Below, in pieces: positions 10,576 to 20,396 of a stretch of 64,000 nucleotides of DNA. Within the stretch, counting starts at the first letter, position 1, and the number at the start of each line of letters is the position of its first letter. Position numbers and translations under genes: made by a program. Source of the stretch: Candidatus Thorarchaeota archaeon (lineage in GTDB: Archaea > Asgardarchaeota > Thorarchaeia > Thorarchaeales > Thorarchaeaceae); assembly GCA_963726195.1 (NCBI GenBank), contig CAVSBO010000004.1, forward strand, positions 351,723 through 415,722. The letters run 5' to 3'. The notes below the pieces were generated by a model, which searched no databases, was not told the DNA's origin, and worked only from the letters and a program-made list of their open reading frames with translations.

Positions 10576-12294
10576 TCATGGTCTCATTTCGTAGAGCCCT
10601 TTTAGAGAGTAGACTTCATTCCAGACCTGGTTGAATCTCGCTTCGTCGACGTGTGGCTTCCTTATGCACCTGAGGAGTATCTCTTGCTGTTTCTCTGTAG
10701 TGCTGCGTTTGGAGTACAGCTGCAGAGCATATCGCGAGAAATCTCGTATCATGAAGTCGAATATCTGATCAAGCAAGACTTCACTGATGTTATATCTTCT
10801 GAAGTTCTCAAGTATGAGTTGTCCATACACCACGAGAGTGAATAGCTCACCTGCATTCAGACTGAAATCTAGGTCGGCCCCTTGTTCCTCTGTGGGTGTG
10901 GCGTCTGTCATGAACTCATTGAAGACCTGAACCTGCTCTTTGAAGACGTCAACATTTGGCAGGCTGACGGTGTCGTAAGTCTCATGGTAGTCGTGAAAGC
11001 GTATCTGGCTAGCGCCCTTAGTTGGCCCCTGATTGAACATGAACTCGTCATGCTTTGCTTCCTTGACAGTCGGGATTTCAGGACACTTCTCAGGCATGAA
11101 GAAGTAGGCGGGCATGAACTTGATTATCTGAGCCATGTTAACGTGGACGGTTCCCTCCAGCTTGGGCAGGGCTCTGATGTCTCTCGCTGCCGCAGAGAAG
11201 TAAGTTTCACCTTCGAAACCTCTCGCCGCAATCACATCCCAAAGCAAGTCGATTACTTTCTCTCCCTCAGTCGTGACTTTCATTTTCACGAGGCTGTTGT
11301 ACAGAATGTAACGACGGTCCTGTAGAGATGCTGTTCGCATATAGTCCCCTGCACGCAAGGCATAGAGCTTCATTGCCACGAGGCGCGCATATGCGTCGAC
11401 AAGTAGGCTGCGTATGTGTGAGAAATCAGTGACGTGCTGTCCGTACAGAACCCGGTTCGCGGCATGGTTAATGGCTTCATACAGTGCGTGGGTACAGATG
11501 CCGATAGAGGCCCATCCTAGATTGAACTTGCAGACGTTGACCGTGTTCAACGTGCAATCCCACGCCTCTCGCCCGGTCGAAAGAATGTCTGCATCAGTTA
11601 TTGGATAATCATTCAGCTTGTACTCAGCAACGTAGGACTGCACGGCAACAACGCTCCTCACACACTCATAGTTCGGATGCTGAGAATTGACGACAAAGAA
11701 CACATAGCTTCCATACTTTTCGTCAGACGGATCGGTTGGTTTGTCGGTCTTTCCAAACACCGAGACAAGGCTCGCTACATTGCCATTGCCAATGTAGTAC
11801 TTGCTGCCTCTCGCTTTGTACTTACCACGACCGAGCACCTTGAGGAGCATTTCACTCGAATAGATGTCTGCCCCGTGCTGCTTTTCGCTGAGTCCGAAAG
11901 CGAACACTCCGCCATTCTTCAGCAGCTGAGCAGTCTTACGCTTCACACCTTCGTTCTTGCTCATCCAAATGGGGCTAAGACCAAGGGCTGAAACCTGCCA
12001 TGTGTACCAATAGTGCAACCCGTAGAAGGCGGTTATCTCGTTGAACTCCATGTTGCGCCATGTGTCCCATCGGCAATCCTTTTCCCCATATTGTGTCGGC
12101 GTCAGAAGCTTGTAGAATATCTCCTCATTCTTGATGAAATCAAGGAAATCCTGGTACCAGACCATGGCGTGGTCATCGTTCCTCATCTTGACATTTCCCT
12201 TATTCTCGAAGAACTGGACTGTCTTCTCCATGATTTCTTTCGACGCATCATCAGGATATGGTCTGGTGAGGTCGTTCGGATTCAGCAGGATCAT
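10576..12294 (-). CDS. Acyl-CoA dehydrogenase
   Basis: FAFGLSEKQHGAD, GSKYYIGN and RALPKLEGTVHVN motifs. Confidence 0.9.
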   Translation of the reverse strand: MILLNPNDLTRPYPDDASKEIMEKTVQFFENKGNVKMRNDDHAMVWYQDFLDFIKNEEIFYKLLTPTQYGEKDCRWDTWRNMEFNEITAFYGLHYWYTWQVSALGLSPIWMSKNEGVKRKTAQLLKNGGVFAFGLSEKQHGADIYSSEMLLKVLGRGKYKARGSKYYIGNGNVASLVSVFGKTDKPTDPSDEKYGSYVFFVVNSQHPNYECVRSVVAVQSYVAEYKLNDYPITDADILSTGREAWDCTLNTVNVCKFNLGWASIGICTHALYEAINHAANRVLYGQHVTDFSHIRSLLVDAYARLVAMKLYALRAGDYMRTASLQDRRYILYNSLVKMKVTTEGEKVIDLLWDVIAARGFEGETYFSAAARDIRALPKLEGTVHVNMAQIIKFMPAYFFMPEKCPEIPTVKEAKHDEFMFNQGPTKGASQIRFHDYHETYDTVSLPNVDVFKEQVQVFNEFMTDATPTEEQGADLDFSLNAGELFTLVVYGQLILENFRRYNISEVLLDQIFDFMIRDFSRYALQLYSKRSTTEKQQEILLRCIRKPHVDEARFNQVWNEVYSLKGLYEMRP

Positions 12295-12482
12295 TTCGAG
12301 TCATCTCTTGCGTTCGCGCATTGTCAAGAGTCTCTAAAATGCATTCTGGATGTCAGGTCTTGTTGACATGGCACTCAACTATGGAAGGCAAACCAGCCAT
12401 AGCTCGGGCAGCCTCATGGTTGCACCACCGATGCTGTACACGATTGTGAGTCGTTTCTGAGATTGCAGGGGCAGCATCAAGC

Positions 12483-12980
12483 CTACCATGGTGCAGGGGG
12501 AGGAGGAGGACCACGGATAACGGCCGACTTGAGCGAGTCATAGTCGGCTTTGCAGGCCTCGATCTTACCTTCACCGTAAACTGTCACATGAAGGGGCGTC
12601 CCTTCTCCGAATTTCACTACGTACGCGACCTTCGTAGTAGTGAGAATATAGCAGGCAAATCCGCCGGCGATTGCGATCATAGCAACCGCTGCTACAACAT
12701 ACATGAAGAAGAGGATAGCATCGTATCCTCGGTAATAATACAGACTTCCTGCCATGAGCACCGCTAATAGAAAGACGATCCCGCAAGATCCACAACCGGA
12801 GAAGATGCATATCTTGAGGTCGCGCTTTTCCTTATTGATAATAATATGCGTGTCTGACGCCTGCACCAGTGCGTAATCAGTGCCTGGCTGGCCACCCTTC
12901 AGCCATTGGATGATCCTACTTGTCACTTGCTGTGAGCTGAGTTCTGTGGGTACGTCGAACTCGTCAATCCGCATTGCCAC
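12483..12980 (-). CDS. Hypothetical 2-TM membrane protein (paralog of 13488-13991)
   Basis: MRIDEFDVP start, Cys-rich juxtamembrane segment, two TM helices and a Pro-rich C-terminus. Confidence 0.75.
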   Translation of the reverse strand: MAMRIDEFDVPTELSSQQVTSRIIQWLKGGQPGTDYALVQASDTHIIINKEKRDLKICIFSGCGSCGIVFLLAVLMAGSLYYYRGYDAILFFMYVVAAVAMIAIAGGFACYILTTTKVAYVVKFGEGTPLHVTVYGEGKIEACKADYDSLKSAVIRGPPPPPAPW

Positions 12981-13010
12981 TTCGTGTTCCTCCTAGGCAA
13001 CTCTCTGTTA

Positions 13011-13385
13011 CTAAGACCTCACCGGTCCCTCGAATGCTGCCTTGGTGAATGGCTGCATCAGATAGATTATCACAATGAGGGCAATGATAATCCCAGGTAT
13101 CATAGCTATCAACATGACTATCCCAAACAGCGGGTAAATCATGAAGAATAATGCTGTGGTTCCGAAGACATTGATGAATTCGAAGACTATCGCCGCCTTT
13201 CGGGCCCATGGTTTCATTAGCAGGAGAGATATGCCGATGATGATAGCCATTATGGCGAATACCCCAACGTATGCGAAGTATAGTATTCCGTAATACGTAG
13301 CCCCTCGAAGGGATTCGAGGTTCAAGCATGCTCCAAGTATTAGAAGAAGTGAGAGTATACTTACACCCGTTGGTGCTTTTGTCAT
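13011..13385 (-). CDS. Small 4-TM membrane protein
   Basis: APTGVSILS...LMKPWARKAAI...YLMQPFTKAAF pattern typical of small archaeal membrane proteins. Confidence 0.7.
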   Translation of the reverse strand: MTKAPTGVSILSLLLILGACLNLESLRGATYYGILYFAYVGVFAIMAIIIGISLLLMKPWARKAAIVFEFINVFGTTALFFMIYPLFGIVMLIAMIPGIIIALIVIIYLMQPFTKAAFEGPVRS

Positions 13386-13487
13386 GAGGCTTCCTCCCCA
13401 AAGTCAGGGACGTGATTCCCGACCTCCAACTGCAAGCGATTCTAAGGCTAGCTAATAAACTCTTCTGGATAACCCGTGCAGACACCA

Positions 13488-13991
13488 CTACGCAGGCGCT
13501 GGAGGAAGAGTATCACTGAGGATTGCGGACTTAAGAGACTCGTAATCGACTTCGGAAGCTCCGACGACCCCCTCACCATAGACTGTTATACGGAGAGGCA
13601 TTCCCTCGCTGAATCTCAGTACATAGGTGATTATATGAGGTTTGAGAAAGAATAATCCCACTCCAGCGGCCATGACTACTCCTGCGACAAGAAGGCCAAC
13701 GGATGCCAAGGCGATAGCAGTGTTATAAGCGTGGATGTAGGGACTTGACGCCATCACCAGGATGGCCATCATCGCGAAAATCATACCGGAGAAGCACGAT
13801 CCGATGCAGGTAAAGCAGCATATCCATGAGTTGTGCTTGTCCTTTCTGATATTCATATGCTGGTCCGACACTTCCATCAGTACGTAGTCATTACCGGGCT
13901 TGCCAGCTTTCAGCCAGTGGTCAATTCTTGTCTTCACATCCTGCGAGCTCATGCCTGATGGAACTTCAAAATCGTCGATGCGCATTGACAT
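13488..13991 (-). CDS. Hypothetical 2-TM membrane protein (paralog of 12483-12980)
   Basis: MRIDDFEVP start with the same architecture. Shares the TVYGEG and DY(D/E)SLKSA motifs. Confidence 0.75.
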   Translation of the reverse strand: MSMRIDDFEVPSGMSSQDVKTRIDHWLKAGKPGNDYVLMEVSDQHMNIRKDKHNSWICCFTCIGSCFSGMIFAMMAILVMASSPYIHAYNTAIALASVGLLVAGVVMAAGVGLFFLKPHIITYVLRFSEGMPLRITVYGEGVVGASEVDYESLKSAILSDTLPPAPA

Positions 13992-14207
13992 GCTAGAACC
14001 CCCAATTCCACTGGGTGTGTTTGAGTCTTCGTATCTTTTCAATGTTGTCATTTCGATCGTGCCTATTCAGCCTCTAGCGAAGGGCCAAAGCTCGCCGATG
14101 GTCCAAAGAGTTGAGCGCTATCACACGCTATTAGAGGACAGAAGTCATCTATCTTTGGACGAATAGGACGCCACCAGCTTGGTAATGCATGCTGTCGATC
14201 ATCCTTC

Positions 14208-14876
14208 TCAGGGATAGCTGATCTGCCACCCAGGATGGAATGACTGTACCATGGCTAGGAGTTCAACGATAGCACCATTGGAGAGGTATAGAGAGGGGTC
14301 TCCAAAGATGTTGTCCTGAATGACACCGAAGTGTATGTGCGCACTGACTCCCACCATCAGAAAGGATGCAATCGGATCTCCTTTGGCGACCCACGTGCCT
14401 ATGGCAACCTTGAACATCGCGACCTGCTGAGCGCGGCCTGCAGTCTGGTTCGTCCAAGGCTCAAATCCGTAAGTGATTAGGACGCTGGCATTGAACCTGA
14501 TGCCAAGATTGACAGTGTATCTGTTCTCCTTGTCAGCTCCAAAGTCCATGAGATCGATTCGTTCTACTTGGCCCGGTGCGGCCGCGATGACAGTCGTATC
14601 GTTCTTGAAATCGAAATCAATACCGTTGTGTGCGAAACCCCAAGGGCAACTGTTGGATGTGCTCCACGCTTCGTGGAAACTCCTCATGTCCGAACGATTT
14701 AGATAAATCACGCCCATGTCATTCAGTGTCGTCGGGTCATACCTGCCTTGCGGGTCAAACCCCGTGGGCTGGGTTGTGGTCGTTGTCGGCGTTGTAGGTA
14801 GATACCTCACAACTGCAAGTACAGCGATTGCACCAATCATAATAGCTGCAACTACTAAGCGTGCTCCATTGCGCAT
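14208..14876 (-). CDS. Membrane-anchored M23-family metallopeptidase
   Basis: N-terminal TM plus Thr-rich linker. Zn ligands HNGID and HIH, also AAAPGQV and VAKGDPIA. Confidence 0.82.
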   Translation of the reverse strand: MRNGARLVVAAIMIGAIAVLAVVRYLPTTPTTTTTQPTGFDPQGRYDPTTLNDMGVIYLNRSDMRSFHEAWSTSNSCPWGFAHNGIDFDFKNDTTVIAAAPGQVERIDLMDFGADKENRYTVNLGIRFNASVLITYGFEPWTNQTAGRAQQVAMFKVAIGTWVAKGDPIASFLMVGVSAHIHFGVIQDNIFGDPSLYLSNGAIVELLAMVQSFHPGWQISYP

Positions 14877-15073
14877 GAACCTGTGTTCCCCAGCCGGGTT
14901 ACATAAGCTTTTGTTCTCTAGGTGCGGGAATTCTGTGTCTTGCACAGTTCAAATCAAGAACGGATCCGAGACGAGATTCGGCCCGCTCACAGACAGATGG
15001 CCTGCCAGAATCTCTATCTTGAACCATGTGATATCATGCCCGCAAAGAATGCAGGTGTGAACATCAGGGCTTG

Positions 15074-15719
15074 TCAGGGATAGCTGAAGCTGCCAACCCG
15101 GATGGAATGATTGTTCCATGGCTAGCAGTTCCGCGATAGTGGCGCTGGACATGTAGAGAGTGGGGTCTCTCCAGATGTTGTCCTGAGTGACACCAAAGTG
15201 TATGTGCGCCGACCCTGCGACCATTAGGAAATTCGCGACTACATCTCCTTTCGCAACCCACGTGCCAACGCTGAATTTGAACATCGCAAGCTGCTGATCC
15301 TGATCTGCTGTGTGGTTTGTCCAGGGCTCGAAGCCATACATCACTACCACACTGGCATTGAACCTGATGCCGACGATAATAGTGTACCTGTTCTCAGTGC
15401 CCGCCCCGTTGTCCCTAACTTCGATTCGTTCCACCAGACCAGGCGCGGTTGCAAGAACCTTTGAGTTGTTCTCGAAAAAGAAGTCAATTCCGTTGTGAAC
15501 CATACCCCAAGGGCATGAATTAGACGTGCTGAATCCTCCACGGAATGAAAGAATGTCTGAACGGTTGACATAGATAACTCCTACATCATTCAGTGCTTTC
15601 GGGTCATATCTTCCCTGCGGGTCGAATCCGGAGCCTGTCGGCAGGTATCTCACGAGTGCCAACGCGACAAGGATACCAAGCATTACAGCCGCTGCCGCGA
15701 TTTGTACTCGTCTCTGCAT
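15074..15719 (-). CDS. Membrane-anchored M23-family metallopeptidase (tandem paralog; 1-nt insertion near the C-terminus)
   Basis: Has HNGID and HIH. Removing one T at ~15087 restores GWQLSYP*, matching the neighbour's GWQISYP*. Confidence 0.82.
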
Positions 15720-15874
15720 GAGCTAGCTGGTTACAGATGTGTTGCATAAGGCTCTTGTCGTGGATAATGGCCATGATTCCAGACAGGTTCTTAATGGTGC
15801 CTGATGCAGTCCGCGCGTAGCTGGCTGATAAAGAATCAAAGCGCCAGAGCTTTTGCTCAGAGGGATATGATGGT

Positions 15875-16441
15875 TTGACTAAGGCGAGCATGGTTACAAG
15901 AGCCCTCGGAATCATCGGGAGCCCACGTCGTGGTGGAAACACAGAAACCTTGGTTGACGAGGTTTTGAACGGAGCAAGAGAAGTCGGAGCGTCGACCGAG
16001 AAAGCTGTCTTGAGCGAAATGAACATTTTTCCGTGTAAGGCCTGCGATTCATGTCGCAAGACCCGCACGTGTGTACAGAAGGACGACATGGCAGGGCTTT
16101 TGGAGTTGATGTCGCAAAGCCGCGTCTGGGTCTTTGGGACACCAGTCTATTGGTGGGGACCAAGCGCTCAGTTCAAGGCCTTTGTTGATCGTTGGTACGG
16201 TGCAAAGCGAACAGTGTTCCGTGACCGCAGTGTTGTTCTGATTATTCCTTTAGGATCTGAGAGCAAAGACATCGCACGTCACACTGTTGGCATGCTAGTA
16301 GATGCGATGGACTATGTGGGTCTGAACCTTGTAGCCACGATTGTTGCCCCCGGATTAGAGAAAGCGGGTGCAGTACGGAAGCAGGTTCAGGTGATGGAGG
16401 AGGCTCGCCAAGCAGGCATCAAGGCTGCGAGAGACCAATAG
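15875..16441 (+). CDS. Iron-sulfur flavoprotein / NADPH-dependent FMN reductase (flavodoxin fold)
   Basis: GSPRRGGNT, PCKACDSC...C and GTPVYW motifs. Confidence 0.9.
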   Translation: MTKASMVTRALGIIGSPRRGGNTETLVDEVLNGAREVGASTEKAVLSEMNIFPCKACDSCRKTRTCVQKDDMAGLLELMSQSRVWVFGTPVYWWGPSAQFKAFVDRWYGAKRTVFRDRSVVLIIPLGSESKDIARHTVGMLVDAMDYVGLNLVATIVAPGLEKAGAVRKQVQVMEEARQAGIKAARDQ

Positions 16442-16484
16442 TCGAGCAGACAAGTAGACAGATATACGAGTTAGCCGTCTATCA

Positions 16485-17168
16485 TTGAAGGCGAACTCTA
16501 TGGCTGTATCAGTTCGATGGTTAGGACACGCCGGATTCGAAATCAAGGCCGATGGAAAAGTGATCTATATCGACCTATATCGTACTGACAAACTCGCAGG
16601 GCGGGTTCCGGAGGTATCAGACCTTGCTACGGTCGTGCTCGTGACTCATTCGCATCCTGACCATTGCGACCCTGATGGTATTTCTAGTGTCCTGAGTGAC
16701 GACACTGTCATCATTGCACCCAAAGATTGCGGAGAGAAAATCAATAGAGACATCAGGTCGCTGACGCCGGGTGAACAGACCACAGTTGAGGGCATCAGAG
16801 TGAAAGCTGTGCAGGCCTACAATGTAAAGCGTTTTCGTTCTCCCGGAAAACCTTTCCACCCAAAGGGATTTGGAGTGGGATATCTGATCACCGTAGAGGG
16901 CAGAACAATCTATCATGCAGGCGACACTGATATAATTCCAGAGATGAAGGAACTGGGCCCAATAGATGTTGCTCTTCTACCATGCGGTGACACCTATACA
17001 ATGGACAACACAGAAGCTGCGGAAGCGGCTCTGACCATCAAGCCGCGGGTGGTTGTTCCAATGCACAATTGGGATAAGGACACTGCTGACTTTCGTAAGA
17101 AACTCGAGAGACAGGGTGGCATCAGGTTCGTATCGCCTAAGGAAGGCGACGAGTTCGTCATTCAGTAA
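16485..17168 (+). CDS. MBL-fold metallo-hydrolase (UPF0173-like)
   Basis: WLGHAGF, THSHPDH, YHAGDT and VPMH motifs. Confidence 0.9.
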   Translation: MKANSMAVSVRWLGHAGFEIKADGKVIYIDLYRTDKLAGRVPEVSDLATVVLVTHSHPDHCDPDGISSVLSDDTVIIAPKDCGEKINRDIRSLTPGEQTTVEGIRVKAVQAYNVKRFRSPGKPFHPKGFGVGYLITVEGRTIYHAGDTDIIPEMKELGPIDVALLPCGDTYTMDNTEAAEAALTIKPRVVVPMHNWDKDTADFRKKLERQGGIRFVSPKEGDEFVIQ

Positions 17169-17298
17169 TCAACAAGCATCTTGACCAAGGCGAGCCTCTT
17201 TCTTTCAATGGTCTACTATCTATCCAAGAGATGTCTAGAACTCCGCGTGAGTAGATGAGTTTACATAGCTATGATTCTCCGAGCAGTCGGCGATTCTC

Positions 17299-18342
17299 AT
17301 GGTCAATACCAAAGGTAGGTACTTTCTCCCAGCTCTCTTCTGCCTAATAATCGGAGGATTTGCTCTGCAAGTCATTATCCTCGCCACATCTCCACTTCCT
17401 CCGGGCTCCGTCATGTCTGTGATGGGTATGCCTACGCAAAACTTCATTTTTCTGCTGCTCGGCATCTCATTGCCTATTCTGGCGGTGGAGTACTACTTCT
17501 TTGCTATCCCACTTGCTTCCATGTTTCTGTTTGCAAATCGGGCTGTGAAGGCTGCATCGTACGAGATGAATATCATGAACATCGGCCCAGTGTTTGGAGG
17601 ACGCCATATGATCCGAAGAGCTGCTGCTCCTGCTCTATTCAGCGTCGCATCATCCACGATGCTCCGTGAGGTAGTAAGAGGATATCTTGGTATTGCACCA
17701 TTCCCCGGGACCGATCTCATGAGCCAAGCAGCGTTGTCTCTTATGAGCGCCCTCATTTTCATGCCCATTGCTTTGCTAATCTTCATGCCGACTTGGGTGC
17801 TGAACGATTCCGGTATTGTGACTCACCTGAAGAGCAGCAGAATGGACGTGCGCCAGTGTCCTGACACGCAGGGAGTCGGCCGTTGGGTATCAAGCATCTT
17901 CGGTGGCTATGCAATGATTGCCTTTCCAATCACTATGTTCACGACGTACATCTACGATCCATATGTTCTTTCGAGCGAGGTTCCAACTGTGTCCGGACTG
18001 TTGGGCGCTCTCACTCTCGTGTTTGGAGTGCCTCTGTTTGTGATGGCATTCGTTGTACCGGTCATAGTTGTGAACGAGCATTCTCAGGACAAAATCAGAA
18101 GGAAGATGGGACGCCTAGCCATCAAGCTGGGCGCGACAACTATCGAGAAGGAAACCATCAAGAAGACAACACGTGTATCCGGCGAAGGGATCTTGGCCGA
18201 GGAAGGTGGGAGGGAGATACTAACAAGCGCCAAGACCGTCGACCTTGAGAAGAAGATGAAGATTGAGGAGCAAGAGGCGGAGGAAGCTCGGAAGAGGGCC
18301 AAGCTCGGAAAGAAGCTGAGGAACAAGAAGAAGAAGGATTAG
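17299..18342 (+). CDS. Hypothetical polytopic membrane protein with K/E-rich C-terminal tail
   Basis: About 6 hydrophobic segments and a highly charged tail. Confidence 0.75.
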   Translation: MVNTKGRYFLPALFCLIIGGFALQVIILATSPLPPGSVMSVMGMPTQNFIFLLLGISLPILAVEYYFFAIPLASMFLFANRAVKAASYEMNIMNIGPVFGGRHMIRRAAAPALFSVASSTMLREVVRGYLGIAPFPGTDLMSQAALSLMSALIFMPIALLIFMPTWVLNDSGIVTHLKSSRMDVRQCPDTQGVGRWVSSIFGGYAMIAFPITMFTTYIYDPYVLSSEVPTVSGLLGALTLVFGVPLFVMAFVVPVIVVNEHSQDKIRRKMGRLAIKLGATTIEKETIKKTTRVSGEGILAEEGGREILTSAKTVDLEKKMKIEEQEAEEARKRAKLGKKLRNKKKKD

Positions 18343-18660
18343 GGTCGGGTACGGGAGAACTGGGGTACAGTCCACTCCCGTGCGCGGCGACGAGAGGTGA
18401 CTCGTCAGCATTGTTAGCCACCAGTCTGACCTTGAAGACTTCGAGAAGAAGATGAAGCTCAAGCAGGGAATTGCTGCGTCTGGAGAAGAGAGTGAGAACT
18501 GTCTTGAGAAACGTTTGCCGGGTCTGAGACAGTTGCGACTCCAGATTCTGCACCAACGTCAATAGCCTTCTCCCGCAGAGTCCATGATGCGGGTTGTCAG
18601 TGTTTATATGCCGAGAAGCGAAGGCCACAAGCGAAAGCGTGACTTGGACGGGAGTACCTA

Positions 18661-19374
18661 TTGTGTAGAATACCTTGGATTGTCATCATGCTAGGACTGA
18701 TAGTTGTCCTGCCAATGCCAAGCGTCTACGCAGCCAACACCCAAGGTCTTCAATGGGCTCTCAAGACTGGGGACAGACTCGACTATGTGGGCACCCGCTA
18801 TTGGAACAACTCGATGGGTCACGGTATGATCAGCGGGAAGGTGTACCTTCTCGTGGGCTACCTTCCGTCATTACCTGACATACTGACCAGTCTACGTGAA
18901 TTGGATTCTGTCCGAACCAAGACCTATTGGGAGAACGGGTCAGTCCTACCTGATGGTCTCGCGTTCTTCACCTATCTCCCGATCAACATGCTCCTTGACC
19001 TCAATATTCCCTTTTTTCTCCCAGTTGGCAACTGGTCTTTGGTGGGAAGTCTGCCGTACGTCAATGCAACATACACAGGGTATGTCATCGAGAACGAGTC
19101 TACATGGAGTAGACACTACGACTTGGTGCGTCGTACCCTCGCTTTCAACGAGACTGTGAGCTTCCTAAAATCAGACGGCGCGCTGTATCATTACCGGAGA
19201 ACTCTCAATATTACGGAGAGAACCCTCAATATTACGGATATCCAAGACCAATTCTATGGGTCTGAAATCTCTCGCATTGGTGGAGGGATTGACAGTGTTA
19301 CTCTCGCGGCCATTGCCAGCATTTCTGTTGAACTTGTTGCGGCGGCAATCATAATCAGAAAGCGTCGACGGTAA
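18661..19374 (+). CDS. Secreted/surface protein with C-terminal TM anchor
   Basis: Signal peptide, many N-glycosylation sequons, and a C-terminal hydrophobic helix followed by RKRRR. Confidence 0.7.
   Translation: MCRIPWIVIMLGLIVVLPMPSVYAANTQGLQWALKTGDRLDYVGTRYWNNSMGHGMISGKVYLLVGYLPSLPDILTSLRELDSVRTKTYWENGSVLPDGLAFFTYLPINMLLDLNIPFFLPVGNWSLVGSLPYVNATYTGYVIENESTWSRHYDLVRRTLAFNETVSFLKSDGALYHYRRTLNITERTLNITDIQDQFYGSEISRIGGGIDSVTLAAIASISVELVAAAIIIRKRRR
19197..19238 (+). repeat. 21-bp tandem duplication inside a CDS
   Basis: GAGAACTCTCAATATTACGGA / GAGAACCCTCAATATTACGGA, encoding RTLNITE-RTLNITD. Confidence 0.8.
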
Positions 19375-19563
19375 TCACGGTATCAAAGTCTGCTGGTGCA
19401 TACTAGTTGTCAGTAGAGAACCGCTATTCGATATCTAGATTTCAAGTGACTTCGCATAGACTCTTAACCTCAGGGACTGGATTGCGACTGAAGCGCACAT
19501 CGAGTCAGCTTGGACTGCGCCTCTTCCCTGTGGAAAGAAAAAGGGGGGAATCTAGGTTCTTTC

Positions 19564-20227
19564 CTAAATCCACGGTACCCAGTGCATTACTTTGTTGAGG
19601 ATGATAAACGCAAAGATTACGTCAATCACGGCGTTGAAGAAGAGCCAGAGGCGGGTTTGCACCCTGCTGAGAACACTTCCTCTCTTCGATTTTCATCTCG
19701 GTCTTCCCGCTCTGCATCTTCTTCCTCTCTTCCACTGGTATCCTGAAAGGTAGGTGAATGAGGTAGGTGCCTTCCAGTGCCTTGTACAGTGCATCTCCTG
19801 TGACCCCTTCAACGAACCATCTTGCTGCGGTCAATGTGCCGCCTTTCTTCATACCTTCACCCTTCTTTGGATCACCCGAGCCTGCCCATACAGGCCACTC
19901 GTCCAGGAATAGGTGCGATGCATTGCCGATGAAGAACAAGGCCAGTGATGGCGCTATGTAATCCAAGACAGTGATTGGCGAGAGGAAGTATGTTATCAGG
20001 AAGAACACAAGTGCGATTAACGCAGAGTGTGTCCTAATGTCTCTATGCGAAAGGTACTTCGTTTGTTGGTCATAGTCTGGCAAGTCTGCTCCCCACAGGG
20101 CAGCCATGATTCCGACAGTCATCCAGAGCAGATTCTCTTCGTGCCAGCCCGTATGCAAGTTCCACACTATTGCGAACGATAGGTACATCAAGAACCCGAA
20201 GGTTAAGTGCCATGTTCGATTTGCCAA
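19564..20227 (-). CDS. Membrane-bound metal-dependent hydrolase (YdjM-like); frameshift at ~19675
   Basis: H...GADLPDYD...HRDIRTHS...SHLFLD motif set. Removing 1 nt gives a final TM helix ending VPWI* at 19564. Confidence 0.75.
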
Positions 20228-20396
20228 AACACTACGCTCCTCAAGCGGCAGTCTCGACTGCCGTGTTTGAGTGGTTGGGAGTTTGCCCGATATATAAGCT
20301 CACTTTCTTTTCTGCCACTGCAATAGTTGAAAGGTACCGTCTGTTTGCCTCCTTCAATTCTGTTATTAGTTCCCCGAGTCCGCCTTCTGAGACCAA

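Noticed and set aside
14949-15073. C-terminal extension of the second M23 peptidase
   Set aside because: Artefact of a 1-nt insertion. The paralog comparison places the stop at 15074.
18420-18470. Short similarity to the 3' end of the upstream gene (GACCTTGA...GAGAAGAAGATGAAG)
   Set aside because: Too short and low-complexity to support a repeat or mobile element call.
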